DNA of 63,044 nt, counting the filler, from Perkinsus chesapeaki ATCC PRA-425 (Eukaryota > Protista > Perkinsozoa): NCBI GenBank assembly GCA_013115145.1. It is 7 parts of 7 records of this genome, joined end to end, with 100 filler letters (N's around TTAATTAATTAA, not from the genome) between each part and the next. Parts side by side here need not be neighbours in the genome. Positions count along the whole stretch, not along the records: positions 21,942 to 35,985 come from JAAPAO010000764.1; positions 36,086 to 40,498 come from JAAPAO010001265.1; positions 40,599 to 41,727 come from JAAPAO010002176.1; positions 41,828 to 60,123 come from JAAPAO010000669.1; 3 more parts are not named here. One strand, written 5' to 3'. Within the stretch, counting starts at the first letter, position 1; every line of letters begins with the position of its first letter. Positions 35,497-47,608 of the stretch are shown here, piece after piece. Both the position numbers and the translations under genes were made by a program. Below the pieces are notes generated by a model, which saw nothing but the letters and a program-made list of their open reading frames with translations, had not been told where the DNA came from and did not search any database.

Positions 35497-37434
35497 AACG
35501 ACTAACAGAAACTCGGCGTAATGTGGATCTGTAGCATAAAATGGCATGACAGTCATACCATTTTATACTACAGTCATACAATGACTATATGCGTATGTAG
35601 CTGAGTTCAACTCAGTGAGTTATATGCTGATACAGTGATGCCATTGTGACCATGATCGGTCAGTGTGGTAGTGGATGGATGAGTAGTGTAGGGATTTCAA
35701 ATAACGCGTGTGATATTACCTGGCAAAGACGCGAAAGAAGGTCCGACGACGCAGTAGTCAGCAACAGAAATGTAAACTCGCAAACCACTAGGACTTCGGC
35801 CGGCTCGTTGCTTGAGTGGATGTCAATTCGCAGTAATGAATGGAATAGGCTCCAAAAAGCTACATCGGTGACACCAAACGCGCGCTTTAGATTGCGCGTA
35901 CTGTAGATTCTTCAGAAAGTGAAACTCTCACCCTCACTGTGAAAGCGAGATGCATGTGATACTATGTTAATTAGACAAACAATTTNNNNNNNNNNNNNNN
36001 NNNNNNNNNNNNNNNNNNNNNNNNNNNNNTTAATTAATTAANNNNNNNNNNNNNNNNNNNNNNNNNNNNNNNNNNNNNNNNNNNNAGTAGGTGAGTGTTT
36101 CAATCCAAGGTTTGGTATTAGCAAACATAGAATAGGCGGGAAGCGTGTAAGTATGGTAGAGTGTAGTCATAAGTTTGCCATCTTGAGGCCGTGGGATCAG
36201 TGCGACAGAATTTGTCGGATTGTGACATTAGTTGTCGCCGGAGGCCTGGAGCCTGCAGCTGATGTATTGAATACCGGCTCGTATTACCGAGTACCTCGAG
36301 GGATCTTCTATATGCATGGTTTCGCAATATTTCGAAGAAGCGCATTCGACTCAAGTTCTCCAGCCTTTGATATCTGCCTTATTTCCAATATTCCAACCTC
36401 GGACGCGTAATCACAGTGATCCCGTAGACTCACCCTAGAAAATACGTGTAGCTATTCGAGTATGGGTCACTCCATCATTGTCACTAAACTACCCGAAAAA
36501 GAGTCCATATTGATATAGAACAAATCACCGCCTGATTCTTGGTGGCTATTCTATTCCGGATAACCTACACAGTGCTCCCAAAGCTGCGAATGTCGCTATT
36601 AGTGTTTGTGTTGTCAACAAGTTGACGCCTGGTAACTTACCAGTGGTAAGTTCCTCAGTATGAGCGTCGCAGCCACGTCTCCCTTTGCTTCTGCGACAGA
36701 GGTTAAGGATAACTCTCGAGAACGAAACTTTCCCGCAACTCCCTCCGAGATCCTGAAACATAGTGTGTTATTTAATCTTGCTTTAGGTGTTTGCGTTCAA
36801 CGTAGATGTATTCTCAAAGCCCACGTTGTCAAATATAAGGCGGTTGGACGGGTACACGCCACTAGTATCGAATACTATAGTCTATAGTCTATAGTACTTG
36901 TCCATGTCCTTGGAGACAGCGAATTTCTCTCTAGAGAGTCTGGTGAATGAACATGCGGTGGTTCCCTGGAGGGAGGCGGTTTGTGCGACGGAGATTCATC
37001 ACCTGCGAATCCTAAGTCTAACTGGGCTGATTATCTCAAAACAGGGAAGCTACGTCCAGTCAGGCAGCGATCATAAGCTCTCTCGACGGACGAGATTTCC
37101 ATGTAGGGCGTGACGTCACTTGTTGCTGTCCCACGCAAGCAATTACCGAGAAGCCAATTTTTGTCCATGTCGAATCGACAGCTACGATAGATACTTAACG
37201 CTAGTAGTGCCAGCATAACGGTCATTTTTTCCAGCAGTAGTAGTCTTCCTCCCGTCTCATTTGTGACATGAATTTTGTGTGCATCAGCTTTATCACTGCA
37301 GGTGGAGCGGCTCAAGGCGCAATCGCTTTGTTAATCGAGTCGCTAATAAGCGCGACTTTATCTGGTGAATCGGCTTGATAGCCACAAATTGCCAGATCTG
37401 CTCACTTGGCGGTTCACCAGTACTTTAATCTTCG

Positions 37435-38268
37435 ATGGTATCTTACTGGGTAGTCAACCTAACCATTGTACTTGGCTTGTACGCGAGTACTCCGAATGTA
37501 GACCGTATCAAGAGCATCTTGACCGAGGAGGACTTCGACTATCTGTTCCCACACCGTAATCGTCAGCAAGGAACACCTCAACCGTTCTCCTACAGCGGGT
37601 TGCTTAAAGCTGCCGAGAAGTTCCCTAACTTCTGCAACGAGGCTGCTGGTGAACTAGACTTGGACGCCGCCTGCAGGAAGGAATTGTCAACAGCCTTCGC
37701 TCACTTCACCCAAGAAACTGGTGAGAATACCGGATGGGGAGATATCCCTCGCTGGCGACAAGGTCTATATTTCAACTCCGAGATCGGATGTACTGACGCG
37801 ACATGTTCGTATTGTTCACCTAACGCTCAGTACCCTTGTTCCCCTGGTAAGGGCTACTATGGGAGAGGAGCCTTACAACTATCATATAACTTCAATTACG
37901 GCCCATTCTCCGAGGCTGTCTATGGTGATAAGCAGAAACTCCTTGACGACCCGGATTCTGTTCTGACGGCCGAGGGCGGCTCCCTCGCTTTCAGCAGCGC
38001 TATCTGGTTTCTGATGACTCCACAACCGCCAAAACCTGCCATTCATGATATTGTAGTGGGTAAATGGCAGCCAGCTGCAGCTGACATAGCGGGTGGTCGA
38101 CTTCCGGGGTTCGGTCTCACTATTTTGATCATCAATGGAGGGTTGGAATGTTACGATCCTCGGGATCGGAGAGCGCTCAACCGCATCGCATACTACAAAG
38201 AGTTCACCTATCATTTCAAGGTTGAACCCGGGAACCATTTAGCTTGTGCTGGTATGCAGCCGTTCTAG
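37435..38268 (+). CDS. Secreted GH19 chitinase, intronless
   Basis: Signal peptide; FAHFTQETG (catalytic Glu), RWRQGLYF..E, YYGRGALQLSYNFNYGPF, SAIWFLMTPQPPKP, GFGLTILIINGGLEC. Confidence 0.93.
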   Translation: MVSYWVVNLTIVLGLYASTPNVDRIKSILTEEDFDYLFPHRNRQQGTPQPFSYSGLLKAAEKFPNFCNEAAGELDLDAACRKELSTAFAHFTQETGENTGWGDIPRWRQGLYFNSEIGCTDATCSYCSPNAQYPCSPGKGYYGRGALQLSYNFNYGPFSEAVYGDKQKLLDDPDSVLTAEGGSLAFSSAIWFLMTPQPPKPAIHDIVVGKWQPAAADIAGGRLPGFGLTILIINGGLECYDPRDRRALNRIAYYKEFTYHFKVEPGNHLACAGMQPF

Positions 38269-39229
38269 TTCATACCTGTTTCGGTCAGGTAGAGTCGTAT
38301 ACCAGTACCCCTGAGGCACGTGCCGCTGGACACATGTCAACAACTTTAGTTGACGTTTCAAGGCGCTTGATAGATATGATGTTGTAGCATCAATCTAGAT
38401 GTCCTTGCCGCGATGCATACCTTCGTCTTGCGAGGTGTTGCTTGCATTGGACATCGTCCGTCCCGCATCTCTTTCACGCAGACACATGTCGTTTCGGGTT
38501 GTGAATTAATAACATGCTACTAGTTGTAGCCTATCAGTAGGTTTACAGGTGGGAAACGAGCCAATTACCTATTTGAACTTCACACTGTGAAGTTCACATA
38601 TTTTCTGTCAGTGGGATAGAGGAGACCTCCTAAATTCACTCTCCTTAGGAGAATGAATTTCGACTCAAAATTTTCGAGCCCCTGTCACTAATATCCGAGC
38701 CCAGATAATGTGGGCCGCATCATCCTCTCAGTCGATGAGGAAGTTGCAGGGCAACCTCTTATGGTGTTACTAGTGAGAAACATAGATGGTGCTCCAGTTT
38801 ATCATGAGCCGGGCCCACTGGGCTGCCTAGTCTGGGCACCTAGTGCTGAAATCTTCGAGGCACATAAATTTGAGAGACGACGGTGACATGGATAAACGAC
38901 TATTGCTGTCAGCAATAGTCGTCTCTCCATCATCTCTGTCATGCGTGTGGTTAGCTCTCCAGAAAACCACGTGCAGTACGACGATGCTCATAGGGGCGGT
39001 AAATTACCGCCGGTAATAGTGCCATCAGGTTTCTTGCTTGCAAGAGCGAGACTAATGGTACCCAAGTCAATGACTTGAAGTCATCAACGATCTCTCCAGC
39101 GACCTGTTCGAAACCAGGAGGTTTGAGTTTAGAAGCCGACGTCAACCTGCAAAGACCGTAATCACCTCGAACTTCGAACTTTCGAAGCTCGAAGCCGCTA
39201 ATATGGATTACACCACATTTGGTGTGGAT

Positions 39230-39700
39230 TCCATTGACTTAGACATTAATTATGTACCATGACAGCGCGAATACCTATCTGTGTTGAAGAAATATCATGT
39301 GCCCATGAATGGTGATGGTAGTGGAATGGTAATATTAGACGAGAATAATAAGATGAGCGTATTTAAACATGTCCTCTGCCAATCACCTAGATTTACTTCT
39401 AAATCAAGAATGGAAGTTATTAATGCATCTATAGCTTCAGTTGCCAAAGGTAATGGACGCTGATATGCTATTTATTGATGACATGTTCTAGGTCACGCCG
39501 CCAGGCTAGTAGCCTGAGGCTACCATCAAGTTTTGACTGTCAGCGGCAACATAGGTTGCAAATTTATTCCCTTGGCGTGGATTATAGTTCCCAGCGAGCT
39601 AAAGTTGACCTATAGGTTGGTTTTCAGGGAATTCAAACGATCAATTGAAGAGCAGGGCGTCAATTTGAGGATCAATTTTAAATTTTTCGTAATAAGGGGC
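39230..39700 (+). mobile_element. Decayed Mutator (MULE) transposase fragment
   Basis: LFIDDMF*VTPPG ... YHQVLTVSGNIGCKFIPLAWIIVPSELKLTYRLVFREFK matches the MULE xIDGTFxxxP..QLxT..P..L.P..Y..F pattern. Stops and a frameshift are present. Confidence 0.6.
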
Positions 39701-40598
39701 AGGGTTCTGCGCCACGGGAATGCAAGGGAATTCCCGGGAGGGAAAGGGGAATTTGCCAGGGATTTTGTTCCATCACGCAACTCGCTCTCCTTTGTTTCCT
39801 TATCCTTTTGCACCGCCACAGGGTTCGGCTCCATCTTGTGTCTAATCAGGGCTTTGGAGCCGCTCCATCCCTGTATCAGCTGTGCTAGGCTAGTAGCTCT
39901 CCGTGTCATGGGCGAGCGGCGCTCGCCGAGCGCCAACCTCAAAGAAGGATCTATTGGCAGTTTCTGATATGATGATGAAACGGTAATTCATTAGTGATAG
40001 TAGTATAGCTGCTATACTATAGCATGGTCTACATTTGCATGCGTGTCACTCTGTCGTCATTTCAGAATTCGTTTGCCTTATTCTTAAATTAAGAAAATCT
40101 TAATTGTCACGTGGTTACGCACCCGCTTCAATCCCCATCTCTTCATATTGAGTTCCAACAGCAGTGGCCCCTCAAATTGAGGGCCTCGATATACCCTAAC
40201 TTAGGGTTCGTACTTAGAAGTTTTAAGTTAGAATTCTAACTCCATTCCATTCAATTCATTGCCGTTTTAGTTAACTTGCGCTCTAGAGTTGAAAAATGCC
40301 AAGGAGAGCAAGATTGACTTTTTTAATTTTGAAGTCGCAAGTTTCGCAAGTACAAGTGAGTTAGTTTTAACTGGAAATTACTCAGTTGGGGAAGTTGGTA
40401 TTTTCGAAGGGGACGGCGGCGGAATGTGTTTCCTCATTAGGGTTCGTGCACATTGCAGGAAAGCGATTAGCTATATTTCTGTGGGTGCTGTAGCTATANN
40501 NNNNNNNNNNNNNNNNNNNNNNNNNNNNNNNNNNNNNNNNNNTTAATTAATTAANNNNNNNNNNNNNNNNNNNNNNNNNNNNNNNNNNNNNNNNNNNN

Positions 40599-41258
40599 GT
40601 GATGGACCTTCTTCGGATTAGAAATATTCGTTACACAGTTGAGCCCATCCTTAGTGATGGACCTTATTCGGATTAGAAATATTCGTTACACAGTTGAGCC
40701 CATCCTTAGTGATGGACCTTCTTCGGATTAGAAATATTCGTTACACAGTTGAGCCCATCCTTAGTGATGGACCTTTTTCGGATTAGAAATAGTCATTACA
40801 CAATTGAGCCCATCCTTAGTGATGGACCTTCTTCGGATTAGAAATATTCGTTACACAGTTGAGCCCATCCTTAGTGATGGACCTTCTTCGGATTAGAAAT
40901 ATTCGTTACACAGTTGAGCCCATCCTTAGTGATGGACCTTCTTCGGATTAGAAATATTCGTTACACAGTTGAGCCCATCCTTAGTGATGGACCTTATTTG
41001 GATTAGAAATATTCGTTACACAATTGAGCCCATCCTTAGTGATGGACCTTATTGGGATTAGAAATATTCATTACACTGTTGAGCCCATCCTTAGTGATGG
41101 ACCTTTTTCGGATTAGAAATAGTCATTACACAATTGAGCCCATCCTTAGTGATGGACCTTATTTGGATTAGAAATATTCGTTACACAGTTGAGTCCATCC
41201 TTCGTGATGGACCTTCTTCGGATTAAGAATATTCGTTACACAATTGAGCCCATCCTTA
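40599..41258 (+). repeat. 55-bp satellite, 12 copies, left end in a gap
   Basis: GTGATGGACCTTCTTCGGATTAGAAATATTCGTTACACAGTTGAGCCCATCCTTA head to tail, a few substitutions, no unique spacers. Confidence 0.97.
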
Positions 41259-42283
41259 ACATCCTGGTCGATGTTCTGGGGAATTCAGTTTCAGTTCATT
41301 ATGAGGTCTCGATCTCACGATCGACGCCAGAGGGAGAAGGCAACGCGTGACTCATGGGTGAGTGCCAAATTCTTCAAACAGGATCCTAGTGTTGTGTAAC
41401 AAGATCGCACATCATCAACGTAAGGAGTCAGAGCTACAGGCTCGGATCGATTCGCTGACGAGAGAGGTGGAGGAGCAGCGAAGTGTGATTCAACAAGCAG
41501 TAAGTCACAGCCTAGGGCGGGGCATTAGTTGTTGTAATCAGGCCGAACAAGGTAGTATTCCCTTGGAGGATAAAAAACTAATAAGGAGATCTACCGTACA
41601 CAACAAGGATAAGGAGATCGGGGTGTTGACTAAACAAGTGGCTCAGGGCACACAGGAGGTTGAGGAGTAGGCGATTTGTGGAATTTGTATTTTGCAAGTG
41701 CCGTATTTTGCATCGTTTTTTAGTTTGNNNNNNNNNNNNNNNNNNNNNNNNNNNNNNNNNNNNNNNNNNNNTTAATTAATTAANNNNNNNNNNNNNNNNN
41801 NNNNNNNNNNNNNNNNNNNNNNNNNNNAACAGCTATTATACACTCTAGCATACTAGCACTATTTTACTACTTGCTCAGTTGCTCTTTCGTAACGGAGCCC
41901 ACTATGGACTTGGTTCTGCTGAGAGGAGTAGGATAGTGTGTTTTAAAGTCTAATGCTGATGAGAGCCTAGTTAGTGTATCCAAGCTAAGCACCACTACCG
42001 AGGTGGCTTTATCCCTACAGTGTCACAGTACGATTTAACGTTTTTCGAAAGTGTAGGATCACACAAGAATCCTTCGGCATCATCACTCACAGTTTCTTGG
42101 CTAGCCTCACCGAGAGATACCCACAATAGATATGCATCTCTAGGAAGCATCGGGTAGCCCCGATAGTTCGAGACGTGTTCAACGTTTGACTAAACCATCA
42201 CACACCACAGTGAGCACACCAAAATAAACGATGACAGGAAAATCCCAACGTATGAACCCAAGATCGGTTCGTGAAACAGTTAA

Positions 42284-43153
42284 CTAACCGAAGAGCCATT
42301 CCTTCAACGAATTCACCTTGTCATCTTTGGAGTCGTCGAACACCAGCGCCTTGTATTGCGAATAGCCGTACGGGTCCGACCGTCTTCTCAGGGATGGTGC
42401 CACAATAGGCTCCGGCACCGGTAAAGATGTACGTCTGACTTGGCCAGGAGAACTGCTCGGGTTTGGCCAACTAATATTAGATGCATTCGATTGCCTTCGA
42501 CCCCCAGAAATGAATTCTTCAGACAGCGAGGGGGGAAATTGGCGGCCACCGATTTGGAGCTCGCCTTTATTGGCAGCTACAGCTCGATCACGAAGGCTCT
42601 TCCTAGCAGCATCCGAGGATCTCATCAGAAGCTCCCAGTGGGCGTCCTCAACGAGCAAGCGCCGTTCCATGAAACTTCCCCTAGACGGCCTTGATTGTCT
42701 TCTGGGGAGCGGAGACGTCAAGGTTTGCAATAACATACCTTCGGTGGGGATAGGCTCTCTATTAAGGTCGAGTGTTGGAGCCACAGAATGATCGTCAGCT
42801 ATCCGCACAGTCATCAACGTATAGGCATCCTTGGTTACAATATGAGACTCACCAACGCCTCGAGAATGCGTAGTGATTACAGGCAAAGGATCTGTGACCA
42901 TCCCGGCATCTTCCTTCACGACGTTGTGTTCATCCGAGGGTTCACGTATGACATTCCCTACCGGATGTGGTGATTCACTGGGACCACTGGACGTACTAAA
43001 ATTGCTCTCTTCTGCCTGCGGAGGTCGGATCATTTTAGAGATGGAGAACCCTTTCGTTGTGGCTGTTGAGGATACCGCGAGGGCTACGACCCTTTCCTCA
43101 GAGCTTGCCAATAACAAATCCTGAGGAAGGAAACAGATCAGAGCAGATGGCAC
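42284..43153 (-). CDS. Hypothetical protein (possible upstream exons to ~43530)
   Basis: 289-codon open frame, S/P-rich, no motif. Confidence 0.5.
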   Translation of the reverse strand: MPSALICFLPQDLLLASSEERVVALAVSSTATTKGFSISKMIRPPQAEESNFSTSSGPSESPHPVGNVIREPSDEHNVVKEDAGMVTDPLPVITTHSRGVGESHIVTKDAYTLMTVRIADDHSVAPTLDLNREPIPTEGMLLQTLTSPLPRRQSRPSRGSFMERRLLVEDAHWELLMRSSDAARKSLRDRAVAANKGELQIGGRQFPPSLSEEFISGGRRQSNASNISWPNPSSSPGQVRRTSLPVPEPIVAPSLRRRSDPYGYSQYKALVFDDSKDDKVNSLKEWLFG

Positions 43154-44022
43154 AGATATCTATATAAACCCTCCAGGCGAATCGTCGCTAGAATAGAGCG
43201 AATCAACCGTGAAATATAACCGTAAAATGAACTATATCATCTAAACGACATCATTAGCAACGCTTGGAGGGAATTCTCCTCTTATTATGGTGGTTGAAGT
43301 CATGTAGCCTCACAGGAATGTATTTCCAGGGACAGTGTCCCTAATGCAAAGGAGACCCAATGGGAGCTTTCCTACTAAAACCACAAATCTACATCAAAGG
43401 AAAACATGAATTGCATTCTTTCTATGAGCATCTGCTGTTCATCCAGGATTCTCTGCTGCTACTTCTATGCCGTTCATCTCTCCGTCAATCTCCTCTAGGA
43501 GAACTTTAAGCTCAGCGGTAGTCATGGCAACACAGTACCGAATCTCCTAATTAGCATGTGATGTTTTTCCTTATATGATAGCGCCGAGTTACCAAGCAAC
43601 TCAAAGTTGCTTGGAGTGAAGGCTTTGGAGTTTGAAACTAATGTGGTAGAGTTAGAGGTGGTGCCACCGATAGATTTATCGAGAACTGTAAAGTGAGCTG
43701 CATTTTCAGTTAAGAAGCTAACTCAGATTCTGAGGTTGAGCTACGTAACGAACGATTTCGGGAGGCGTATGATGTTCATAGCAAGCGTGAAAGCAAATTT
43801 ATATAGAACGCAAGGGATTGTCATAGTCAATGAAGACGCGAAAAACCTATTGTAACCTACACCACCGCTGGTGGCTCCTGCAGCGTAGGAACGGGCGATA
43901 GGGCCCTGAAATAATTAGTGAATCGGGCTTGAAGCCCACCAAGCGAGCAAAGCCGAAACAAAGAAACGATCCATCGAGGACATCTTGGCTTTGGTCGGTG
44001 GACTAATGTCGATGATCGATGC

Positions 44023-45028
44023 CTAATCGGAGCTATGAGGGACTTGCTCTCTCGGATACGTAGGGCATGGAGGTATAGTTGGACACGGCGTAGTTGTTGG
44101 ACGTGGAGGATACGTAGACGAACTGGTAGTTGTAGTTGTGGTTGTGGTTGTTGGGCAGGGAGGCTGTGTCGGACAAGGTGTAGTGGTAGGGCAGGGAGGC
44201 TGTGTCGGACACGGTGTAGTGGTTGGACATGGAGGATAAGTGGACGAACTGGTAGTTGTAGTTGTAGTTGTAGTTGTAGTTGTAGTTGTAGTTGTAGTTG
44301 TAGTTGTAGTTGTAGTCGTAGTCGTAGTTGTAGTTGTAGTTGTAGTTGTAGTGGTGGTTGTGGTTGTTGGGCAGGGAGGCTGTGTCGGACACGGTGTAGT
44401 GGTAGGGCAGGGAGGCTGTGTCGGACAAGGTGTAGTGGTAGGGCAGGGAGGCTGTGTCGGACAAGGTGTAGTGATTGGACCTGGAGGATCAGTAGACGGA
44501 CTGCTACTTGTAGTTGTAGTTGTGATTGTAGTGGTGGTTGTGGTTGTCGTGGTGGTTGTGGTGGTTGTGGTGGTTGTGGTTGTAGTGGTTGGGGAAGGGG
44601 GAGTAGGAGGCGATGTCGTGGTGGCCCCAGAAGGGCAAGGGACAGCCCATCTCTCAGTACAAGGCGTCCTTCCATCATAGAAGCACATGTCGCGGGTGTG
44701 CGGGCCCAGAAAATACCTGCATGTTGAAAATTGATAAAGGAATCACACCCAGGGGCCAAACTTACAGTCCCTTGCAAATGCCAGTTGGAGAAAGATCACT
44801 TGGTTTACAATAGGAGTCGCCGCAGTTAGACAGTCCATCACAATACTCTTGGCATGCTTTCTGAAAGAGATAAATGTGAATATTGCTCAATCGTAGAAAG
44901 AAGAATATGTAGTAGGTAAACATCAAACTTAGTCGCCACGTGATCAGACTTACATCTGCCGCCGGTGGCCCTGACCTCACACTAACCAGGAATGTGAAAA
45001 ATAACGAGAGAACGGAAAGGGGTGACAT
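44023..45028 (-). CDS. Secreted SYCK Cys-domain plus poly-Thr/CPTQPP mucin-like protein (3 exons)
   Basis: MSPLSVLSLFFTFLVSVRSGPPAAD | KACQEYCDGLSNCGDSYCKPSDLSPTGICKGL | YFLGPHTRDMCFYDGRTPC.., then (ACT/ACA)n Thr tracts and CPTTTP/CPTQPP repeats. Confidence 0.88.
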
Positions 45029-45549
45029 GAATTATTTCCTCGAGCTGGAACGTGCCTTGCAAATAGAGGAAACGACGTATCAAACTCAGGGGTGGAAACA
45101 GATGCCGGCTCAGCCACCCCGACGGAAGACTGAGACAATCAGTACGAGCTAGCTCTTGATTAGAGAGTAGCGTTACTCAGAGCTGGGGAGAGACGAGGAA
45201 CGGGCTTTGCTTAGCGAACTTTGCTGCACGCGTAATGCACATCCGGTCCAAGCGCGCCAAGTAACCAGAAGATTCGACGCCGACTAGTTACCATCGTTCG
45301 TCTTTTCTAGGAAGCATTGCAGGTGGCTCTCTAGATCTTACGAGGATTATAACACCGTTTCAGTCGATGCTGTCTTCTCATACCTCCTTGACATCGCAAA
45401 AAACTGTATCCGGTGCAGGGGCTTGGTATTGTACGCATACCACAGTTCTGGAGCCCGCGTCGCCAGGGGTTGCTGCTCTGACTGACATAAAGCTGGTAAA
45501 AGATTCAGGTGAGTTTCACACACTCCCCATAAACAGATGACGAGCTCGC

Positions 45550-46590
45550 GATCATATACATTGACTTTTTAGAAATACTTTTCCAGTGGCTTTTTCAACA
45601 CAAGCGCATCAATAGGAAGAGACTTCAGTGTGAGGGAGGAAGCGTGCGCGTACAGCGACCCGGCGATAGCTCGGTTTCCCTACCGCATCCTGGATTCCTA
45701 GGTACAGGTTCCAGTTGCGCGCCGACAGACGAGTTGCTATATGTAGAGGTATCCAACATTCCATCGAGTACCGCCATATCTGGCGACTCAGAACGGTAGT
45801 TTGGTGATGGAAAGCTTGGGTGACACAGCCCATTCCTGGCGATTGTACGTGCACATCAAGGGTCTCATCAGTGGCCCTGATTGGGCCCACCGAGGGGTCT
45901 TTGTTGCTTGTTCCTCGTTCATAAGGGCGAACGCAAGACGAGAAGGGAGTCTACAAAGGCGCGAAATTGGTGGCCTTAAACGCGGAATAGATTTCTGAAA
46001 GGTATAGAGCAATGCTCTAAGAGCATACAGTAAATTATAAGAACATAATGACTCTAGCCCAGCTTTGGCTACAAGGCAGAATCATCTTCGTAGAGTCGCG
46101 CGCAAAGTCGAAAAGTTGAATTACTTCCGACTCTGTTGAATTAACTTGCCCTATCTCAACGAGCGTATCCTGAATCCTTGCACGAGCGTCTTTTTGTCGA
46201 GTGTTTCGCGACACCGGATGGTCCGACTCGAGCTTGTCCAGCGCAAGAAACGCGTTAGGTAGCTACATAGCTAGCTATGTCCAGCGTGTGAATCATCCAC
46301 CTTTGGGCCATAAGAGTAATAAGAGCTTGTCGATAAGAGTTTGGAGCTCTGTCGAATTTGTTGAAGTCGGCCGATACACAACGCAGGACAGCATCACAGG
46401 TAATAGTGGAAAAGTTAGATTCTTTGACACACCGAGGCTCGCGTAATCGGCGATCACTAATCGTGCGAGAATTCTTCTGGGAACGTCTCACAAAGAGAAA
46501 GTCATCGATGTAGGCGTGAAGCCCTCGGAAAAATTGACAGTAACAATTCGAGAGATCCAATAATTACACCTATGACTTGGCAATAGGCTC
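45550..46590 (-). mobile_element. Decayed RT/RNase H retroelement remnant (DIRS/Ty3-like)
   Basis: HAYIDDFL (YxDD). Downstream VHVQSPGMGCV..IWR..LHI resembles the RNase H DAS..GWG..W..HI pattern. Fragmented by stops and frameshifts. Confidence 0.5.
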
Positions 46591-46636
46591 CGGTAATACT
46601 CTAAAAATATGAGGGCGTTTAAAGACAGCCCGAAAA

Positions 46637-47608
46637 TCAAGTCGGGCAAGGTGTAGTTGTAGGGCAGGGAGGATAAGTAGACGAAGTAGTCGTTGTTGCA
46701 GCAGCGGTTGTAGTTTTAGGGGAGGGAGGCTGTGTCGGACACGGTGTAGTTGTAGGGCAGGGAGGATAAGTAGACGAAGTAGTCGTTGTTGCAGCTNNNN
46801 NNNNNNNNNNNNNNNNNNNNNNNNNNNNNNNNNNNNNNNNNNNNNNNNNNNNNNNNNNNNNNNNNNNNNNNNNNNNNNNNNNNNNNNNAGGGGAGGGAGG
46901 CTGTGTCGGACATGGTGTAGTTGTAGGGCAGGGAGGATAAGTAGACGAAGTAGTCGTTGTTGCAGCAGTGGTGCTCGTAGTTCTCATTGTAGTGGTAGGT
47001 TGGGTGGTTGCGGTAGTTGTCGCCGTAGTCTTGGTTGCTGGGGTAGTTGTGGTGGGTTTTGGTGGACCGCTTGTAGTTTTAGGGGAGGGAGGCTGTGTCG
47101 GACACGGTGTAGTTGTAGGGCAGGGAGGCTGTGTCGGACACGGTGTAGTTGTAGGGCAGGGAGGCTGTGTCGGATACGGTGTAGTGGTAGGATAAGTAGG
47201 CGATGCCGTGGTCGCCCCCGAAGGACAAGCTACTGGGAGCTTCTCTGGGCATGGCGTCTTGCCATCAAAGAAGCACATTTCGGTGGTGTTTGAGCCCAGA
47301 TAATATCTACAAAGTTGTAAGTGAATCAAGAAATCACACACAGGGGCAAACTTACAATCCCTGACAAACACCAGTTCGAAAATCGGCGTCTGGTTTGCAA
47401 TACGATGCGCCGCAGTTAGATACTCCACGGCAAAGGCTGGAGCAGCTGGCCTGAGAGCAAATATACAAGCATTGGGAATGGTGGTAGCCAGAAAGTGCTA
47501 TGAAAAAGCAATGATGTGATGCCTATACAGACTTACAGGCTCAATTCTGGTCTTGGAGCCCGCAGCTGCAAAGTACACCAAACATGATAAGGAGGTGATA
47601 GCGAGCAT
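46637..47608 (-). CDS. Paralogous secreted SYCK Cys-domain mucin-like protein (3 exons; gap in repeat)
   Basis: MLAITSLSCLVYFAAAGSKTRIEP | ASCSSLCRGVSNCGASYCKPDADFRTGVCQGL | YYLGSNTTEMCFFDGKTPC.., CPTQPP repeats. Same intron positions as 44023-45028. Confidence 0.85.

Noticed and set aside
36118-36354. piggyBac-like MSRxRF motif
   Set aside because: A single short match beside a gap, with no DDE residues or TTAA-flanked termini.
40599-41258. CRISPR-like array
   Set aside because: Units are contiguous and near-identical with no unique spacers, there are no cas genes, and the context is eukaryotic.
44033-44727. Alternative-frame ORFs (poly-SC, poly-YN, poly-V, poly-LQ), also 3-389 and 46968-47293
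   Set aside because: Shadows of the mucin repeats; only one frame links to the signal peptide and Cys domain.
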